From a virus (Duplodnaviria > Heunggongvirae > Uroviricota > Caudoviricetes): DNA of 55,949 nucleotides. Under the pieces are notes generated by a model. The model searched no databases. It worked only from the letters and a program-made list of their open reading frames with translations, and had not been told where the DNA came from. Location: IMG/VR virus record IMGVR_UViG_3300045988_152564; one strand, given 5' to 3'. Both the position numbers and the translations under genes were made by a program. Each line of letters opens with the position of its first letter. Position 1 is the first letter of the stretch. This document shows positions 51,301-55,949 of the stretch, in pieces.

Positions 51301-52083
51301 TATTTAGGTGGTGAAATCTATACACCTGGAGCAGGAGCACAGGGTGGGGCGCAATATGGAGTGAGGGGACCACTGCCTGATAACGCTGTTATCGATCAGT
51401 ATACTGGCCTGGCGTTTACCCCTGGTGATAGCCCGTTTGAGAAAGGCGGTCTGGTCGACAAAATCGGCAATGCTGTTGGCGTTAACGATCTGGTCAACAA
51501 ATTCATGAATGGCCGGGGGATGCGTCGGGAAGTCGTTCAGGGAACGCTAGAAGAACGTGCACGAGGGAAGGGGACCGCAACAGCAGCTGGCAATGTGTAT
51601 GTTGATACACCTATGCCAGTTGAAGAGGCACGTCCGGTGGCCAACAACTCAAGTTACTTTGACCAGCTCGGCGCACAAATGGGGATTGATGGACTGTATG
51701 ACAAACTCATTAATGCCCGGGGAATGCGCTCAAATAATTCTCCTCAACCAGCCTCCACGTCCCAGGTGACGACTGCCGCCAACGATTTGCAGCAACCAAC
51801 CGGTCGTATGCAGATAGACGGACAGGTTATTAGTGACCTTGGTGGCTCCGGTGCCAAGCCGACAATGCAGTTGGCTGATAATACCGTTTCACTTGATGGT
51901 GAAACGAAGCGGCTGTTTGCGCAGATGACCTCATTGCTTGCCAGGATTGAAGAGCACACCAAAGACTCAGCGAAAGGCCAGGGAACTGTCGTAAAGGTCA
52001 GCACGCCTCAGCCGGGCGTTATGCGCACGGTACCACTGTCAATTGATGATCCGTTGATGAATGACTACGCGAGAGTTGATTGA
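48394..52083 (+). CDS. sit: tape-measure-like structural injection transglycosylase (1229 aa)
   Basis: SLT-type motif ATESGGNPYAKSQTGALGMFQFTGIARE in the C-terminal third; Gly/Ala/Lys-rich repetitive centre. Confidence 0.8.
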   Translation: MERKNANIDDVIRTVETASAKELEELAGIREAVEDLKGGRVATVDPVSRSVSALNRTIENSRPDFVTNAPSVDSIVDAMKRLNLGGVSRIREDKVTNREQQAAPTAHNPPNRRREAITEDVKAQRLETVKLARDLKGERVATVDPVSRSVSALNRTIENSRPDFVANAPSVDPIVDAMKRLNLGDVSRVVQEGIAQQEQQAKSTTPKGKKRRRKAITEDVKAQRTEAAEHAREMFGQKGGAQKSQNQRDARGRFIGKSGSKAAAEDARAERAEKARRKEDDERLNAESGLLKKLSKVAEGIGNPSETRAVDALGYAVAGPLWAAGKELGGISKEVGGSLNGARKSIADVIRGNDDNSRRKGFFRRKSQNSADVVQVNTQKRTVQELQEQTSEIKEGNDKILRALDQIAKNTGKKKGGLLSKLFSLLGKGAGGVASLLMGRGMLKKAGALAFGALGAKKLVGVLRGGGKKTLAHEGGDLAARAAGKLGLKAVGKGALRAIPLVGTVAGGIYDAVTGWNDTEAQRRAFGLKSGQDPSFQQKAAYTLANVLDMGGLVSGISSAIGEVLKSLGFEDIGNMLQSFSTESIAQAIDSGITNLETYISNLGDTISTKFDDYTAKIGDAVSAWFSDTSNKLLEKLDAIKDFFTVDNLKQVFSDAIDSAIDFIKNPGKHIKEAAGNIWDGVKNLPGKALDAAVDAVKNTPAAMIISKIPNPIGEANAKEITPELKAPVNSHQETSDSKTESDAKQSNIATRVINAALDTAKDSNKTVKQTANQIINANAVETGNSALQKIDKAIGQNSSSSSSLNTTGTRNDIQKAADTYNNGNLDVKVGSLGAEGKANLDKLAPYFAELENKYGLPEGTLYAIAATESGGNPYAKSQTGALGMFQFTGIAREETGLAEGESFDPVKSAEAAALLMSKYLKQANGDLNEAITAYNAGFGTINKWKKGTGDLSKENREYAIKVNTHRARYLGGEIYTPGAGAQGGAQYGVRGPLPDNAVIDQYTGLAFTPGDSPFEKGGLVDKIGNAVGVNDLVNKFMNGRGMRREVVQGTLEERARGKGTATAAGNVYVDTPMPVEEARPVANNSSYFDQLGAQMGIDGLYDKLINARGMRSNNSPQPASTSQVTTAANDLQQPTGRMQIDGQVISDLGGSGAKPTMQLADNTVSLDGETKRLFAQMTSLLARIEEHTKDSAKGQGTVVKVSTPQPGVMRTVPLSIDDPLMNDYARVD
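48505..49062 (+). repeat. tandem duplication of a ~279-bp (93-codon) unit inside the sit N-terminus
   Basis: VATVDPVSRSVSALNRTIENSRPDFV(T/A)NAPSVD(S/P)IVDAMKRLNLG(G/D)VSR occurs twice 93 aa apart, each followed by a basic stretch then AITEDVKAQR. Confidence 0.6.
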
Positions 52084-52439
52084 TGGCCAACAATAACGAA
52101 ATTGATCCTTTGCTGACGCTGGAGTTATCCGGCGTAAAAACGTATGAGTCCCAGGAGGAGGCCTGGGGCGCTCGTTTATATGAGTGGCTAAACACTTATC
52201 AGGGTGAGGTATACGGGGATCCGTCATGGGGCAATGTTTTACCGCAGTTTAAACACGAACCGACCAACTTGTCGCATGTTCAAATTGCGGTTGAGGCAAT
52301 GCTGTTGCAAAAACTGACGGTAGATTTACCTGACATACCGATTTCTGGCTTGTCAGTAGCCGAGGGAGATGCTTTTGATAAGTTGAAAATATCCATTCGT
52401 ATCAGGGATATAACTATCACACAGGACGTGGTGCTATGA
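52080..52439 (+). CDS. baseplate wedge protein, gpW/gp25-like candidate (119 aa)
   Basis: Size and position before a J-like gene. Confidence 0.45.
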   Translation: MMANNNEIDPLLTLELSGVKTYESQEEAWGARLYEWLNTYQGEVYGDPSWGNVLPQFKHEPTNLSHVQIAVEAMLLQKLTVDLPDIPISGLSVAEGDAFDKLKISIRIRDITITQDVVL

Positions 52440-53869
52440 GTAAAACAACACCGACTAAAGACAGTATTCGTGCAGAGTTTGAAGAGCTTGTCGAGAAAGA
52501 TTCATTCTGGTCGAAGTTTGTCGGCTCTCAATTTGTCTCGATGCTGACATTGTTTATTACCCAGATTGTCTACAGGTGCTTTCAGTATGCCGATGCGGCG
52601 CTGGCTGAAGGCTTTATATCGACCGCGACGCGGCGTTCCTCTATCCTGGCAGCGGCAGAAACGAATAGTTACGTTGGTACCAAGCCAACACCGTCATCGG
52701 GGATGATTGAGATCACCGCCACAAGTGAAGATGCCCCAGCGGTAATCCCCAAAAATATGCCTTTAATATCTGACGACCAGTACCCTTACATGACTATGGA
52801 TGTATGCAGGTTGGTTGACGGCACCGGTACGGTAGAAGTGGCACAGTTGGAAATCCAGGAGGTGACATATACCGTTACGGCTGCCAAAGAATTTCTGGAA
52901 GTCGTGTTATCAAAGGCTCTCACTGCTGTCTGCTATAAGCTGGAAGTATTCGTGACGACCGATGGTAAGACCACGCAGTGGTCTTCCAGCACAATGTTCC
53001 GGTTAGCTGGTAGTAAAAGCCAGGTCTACGTTGAGTTTTATAAACCATCCGAACAGTTGGGTGTCCGATTCGGCGATGGGCTAATTGGGCAAATACCGCC
53101 AGAAGGCTCGACAATTACGCTTAAGGTATGGTGCACCAACGGCGATATAACCCTGGTTGCTGGCCAAAACCTGACTCCTGTTGATTCTGCGGCTAATTTA
53201 GCTAATTTGATTTCAGTTAAGACAACGACACCTATAACCGCAGGTACCGATGCTGAAACAACGGAGATCACACGTAACCGTGCACAATATTACCTTGCCT
53301 ATGATGATCAGGTCGTATGGGGCGGGGACTATACGTATTTTCTGGTGCGTAACATCCCGGGACTGTCCTGGGTAAAGGCATGGGGCGAAGGCCAGCAAGA
53401 GAAATTAGATGGTGCTTATAATGTTCGGAATATCAATAAGATATTTATTTCAGGATGGCATCCAAACAAAAGCCAGTCAGAGCTTGAAGAAATGATCCTG
53501 GCCGCCTTTAAGAAGGTGCCGAATGAGTTGAACAAGAAATTCTCGTATAAAGAGGTCAGAAAACTACCCTTTAAGATCACCATCACTGGGCGGATATCGG
53601 CAAGCCTGACCATTGAGAACGTGACTGATGAGCTGAAGTCGGCACTGGAAACAAAATTTGGGCGTGACTCAACTTTCTTTGATCCGAACCGTGTCGGCAA
53701 GTACATCCTAATCAAGAAAAAAGACGTTTGGGCATTTATCGAAACGCTGGGTTATTTCCGCGACTTTTATCTGGAATTTGTCGAGTGGAATGAGTCCAAC
53801 GGCTTTTACGATTTCGTTTATCTGGATACAGAAAACTCCACCTTTAATATTTCGTATGAGGAGGAGTGA
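52436..53869 (+). CDS. baseplate J-like protein candidate (477 aa)
   Basis: Size and synteny (W - J - I - fibre). Confidence 0.45.
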   Translation: MSKTTPTKDSIRAEFEELVEKDSFWSKFVGSQFVSMLTLFITQIVYRCFQYADAALAEGFISTATRRSSILAAAETNSYVGTKPTPSSGMIEITATSEDAPAVIPKNMPLISDDQYPYMTMDVCRLVDGTGTVEVAQLEIQEVTYTVTAAKEFLEVVLSKALTAVCYKLEVFVTTDGKTTQWSSSTMFRLAGSKSQVYVEFYKPSEQLGVRFGDGLIGQIPPEGSTITLKVWCTNGDITLVAGQNLTPVDSAANLANLISVKTTTPITAGTDAETTEITRNRAQYYLAYDDQVVWGGDYTYFLVRNIPGLSWVKAWGEGQQEKLDGAYNVRNINKIFISGWHPNKSQSELEEMILAAFKKVPNELNKKFSYKEVRKLPFKITITGRISASLTIENVTDELKSALETKFGRDSTFFDPNRVGKYILIKKKDVWAFIETLGYFRDFYLEFVEWNESNGFYDFVYLDTENSTFNISYEEE

Positions 53870-54705
53870 TGCAGCGTTCCTGGTTTAATAACCGGCTTAC
53901 ATCAGCTAAGCAAAAGTCATTACTTTATAAATCATTGGCTGATTTGGTTCAGTCAATGATGGACACCTTTGTTGACCCATGGTTGGAGCGAATTACCAAC
54001 CGGAAGTCTATTTTCTCCATGAGCAAGGAGGATCTGGAGACTAGGACAAATGAACTTGGCCAGTTTTTTACTATCAGAACGTCGAATTCATCTTCCGTTC
54101 CGATGTTGTTACAACAGCGGTTTGATGAGATCCATTTTAAGGGTACTGAACGCCCTATAAACCAGACAATTTATCGCGAATTTAACGGTATATCGGTTTT
54201 ATGGGATCCCATATATGCTCCGGTGGACTTTGAACGTCATCCCTATGGCACGGTCCTGATTCCAGAAAGCACACTGGAAACCACCGGCGGCACATTCGGC
54301 GAGATGTTTCTGACTTCCAGAGGAATGATCAGTATTCCCATAAACGACTTGGCCCGGACAATGGGTATTACTGGAACGATAGATCAGTCCGCAATTACAG
54401 AAGAAATTCTCAGAAAGTTTAATCAGTTCGTAAAGCCTCTACTGCCACTGCATATAGTGTTTGATGGGCTTACGCTCTATTTGTCGGTTGTTGTAAATGA
54501 ACAGGCCGACATGATCACTTTGAATGAGATTTCTGATACCGAAAAAGCATTCTGCTGGTTTGAAACTTCGGATACAACTTCGCTTACTGAAGTTACGTCG
54601 ATTAACGCCCCGATCACTGCAACGCCGGGCGGCACTATTGTGAAAGCAACGCCTACGTTTGATCGCACCCGCGCAGATGATTTGCTGTTGGATAGCGATG
54701 CGTGA
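53866..54705 (+). CDS. baseplate/tail protein I-like candidate (279 aa)
   Basis: Translationally coupled to the J-like gene. Confidence 0.4.
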   Translation: MMQRSWFNNRLTSAKQKSLLYKSLADLVQSMMDTFVDPWLERITNRKSIFSMSKEDLETRTNELGQFFTIRTSNSSSVPMLLQQRFDEIHFKGTERPINQTIYREFNGISVLWDPIYAPVDFERHPYGTVLIPESTLETTGGTFGEMFLTSRGMISIPINDLARTMGITGTIDQSAITEEILRKFNQFVKPLLPLHIVFDGLTLYLSVVVNEQADMITLNEISDTEKAFCWFETSDTTSLTEVTSINAPITATPGGTIVKATPTFDRTRADDLLLDSDA

Positions 54706-54783
54706 CAATCACCCCGTCCGCAGGGCGGGGTGACAAGTTACTTATCTTACAATGAGGCTTCACAACATTGATTAGGGAAAATC

Positions 54784-55218
54784 ATGTCTGACGTCTCAAC
54801 AAACCTCTATAAGAGTCAGTTGTTGGACTATTACTATCAGCGGCGCGCTGAATCGTCCATTAACAAAGGCTCTCGATTTTTAATCAGCAAGGCCGTTTTC
54901 GGTACCAGTTCACTGGTTACTAAGAAAGGAGATGGCACTTATGAGATTGGAGAACTGCCAAAGGCTTTCGATCTGGCAGAACTGACCAGTCAATTTTGCA
55001 CCATCAACCTCGTCCCAACCTACTCAGGCGGGATAATTACTGTCCGAATGGACCTTGATCAAAGTCAGTTGCAGGAAGGGAAAAACTACCCATTCAACAC
55101 TCTGGTTGTTCTGGATAACGAGAATAAGCCAATCGCCATTATTTGTGTCCAAGAAGACTCGCTGTATGTGGGCAAAACATATACCGCAGTTATGGCCATA
55201 AACTCGACTACAGCATAA
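54784..55218 (+). CDS. small tail-fibre-operon protein (144 aa), P1 R-like by position
   Basis: Immediately upstream of the tail-fibre gene. Confidence 0.45.
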   Translation: MSDVSTNLYKSQLLDYYYQRRAESSINKGSRFLISKAVFGTSSLVTKKGDGTYEIGELPKAFDLAELTSQFCTINLVPTYSGGIITVRMDLDQSQLQEGKNYPFNTLVVLDNENKPIAIICVQEDSLYVGKTYTAVMAINSTTA

Positions 55219-55229
55219 GGATATGCTTG

Positions 55230-55949
55230 ATGAATGACGTTACAGTTGTTACATCGGTTACTTACCCATCACCCGAGTCGTTGGCTCTGGTGGCTGATGT
55301 GCAATACCACGAACCATATCTGTCAGCCGCTCTAAACCGAAAATTCAGGGGAATTGTTGACCCGGGATTTTATGCTGGTTTCTTGCCTAAGCCTGGCGGT
55401 GGAATGAACCTGTTAATCACCTCAGTGGATGGAGATAAAACCGCTGGCGCGGCGTCAGTGGATATTGGTGAATTCTACCAGGTAACTATTCAGCATCGTA
55501 AGGATATCTCTCTTGCACTTAACGCAGGCAAGAAATATGCAATTGTGCTGAAGGGAAGATACCTTCTTGGAGAAGATACCTATCAGGTGAATACCGCGTC
55601 ACATATTCATGCAGCTGAATTTGTTGCCAGAACCTATACCGATTCATATCAGTTAGGTGATGGGGAACTGCTGGTTTGTACGGTGAATATCCCTGCTGGC
55701 GTATCTACCATTACTCAAGAGATGATTGATACATCCGAGCGTATCAACCGCACGATCGGCATTGATATTTCAGACTCTGTAACCAGTACCAGAAGTGATG
55801 TTGCTGCGAGTTCGCTGGCAGTTAAAAAAGCCTACGATCTGGCGAAAAGCAAGTATACGGCGCAGGATGCAAGCACAACGCAAAAGGGATTAGTTCAGCT
55901 CAGTAGTGCCACTAACAGTACGTCCGAAGTGCTGGCCGCCACACCGAAA
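55230..55949 (+). CDS. tail fibre protein, N-terminal part (continues beyond window end)
   Basis: Conserved fibre N-terminal motif ...KGLVQLSSATNSTSEVLAATPK; RBS AAGGA before ATG at 55230. Confidence 0.7.
   Translation, partial: MNDVTVVTSVTYPSPESLALVADVQYHEPYLSAALNRKFRGIVDPGFYAGFLPKPGGGMNLLITSVDGDKTAGAASVDIGEFYQVTIQHRKDISLALNAGKKYAIVLKGRYLLGEDTYQVNTASHIHAAEFVARTYTDSYQLGDGELLVCTVNIPAGVSTITQEMIDTSERINRTIGIDISDSVTSTRSDVAASSLAVKKAYDLAKSKYTAQDASTTQKGLVQLSSATNSTSEVLAATPK

Overview
This 55.9-kb window reads as one contiguous segment of a P1-type phage-plasmid (Enterobacteriaceae). Directly visible in the sequence: an iteron-controlled plasmid replicon (RepA flanked by 5 upstream and 9 downstream 19-bp iterons, tandem DnaA boxes, a GATC cluster); ParA/ParB with a parS-like centromere; a c4/icd/ant - kilA - repL immunity and lytic-replication block; a bifunctional C5/N6 DNA methyltransferase (Dmt-like); an RdgC homologue; a DnaB-family helicase (Ban-like); three tRNA genes (Asn-GUU, Thr-UGU, Ile-CAU); a 1229-aa transglycosylase/tape-measure protein (Sit-like); baseplate and tail-fibre genes; and nine 17-bp C1-operator-like sites (ATTGCTCTAATAAATTT), one of them truncated. 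Accessory content: a truncated IS1 at the left edge, a tnpB-only IS200/IS605-type element beside repL, an AT-rich signal-peptide cassette (sim-like), and a ~12-kb leftward block of non-structural cargo genes (Ea22-like paralogues, DUF551, HAD phosphatase, lambda-type Ser/Thr phosphatase, VRR-NUC nuclease, two paralogous GSGPS-motif proteins, glycosyltransferase-like proteins) organised in operons behind C1-operator-like sites. The most unexplained structure is an array of four long-stem hairpin units with tRNA-like T-arm remnants immediately downstream of the tRNA genes. No CRISPR array or rRNA was seen. All gene names come from memory of phage P1 and from motifs visible in the translations; no database search was run, so every family assignment beyond the obvious ones is provisional.
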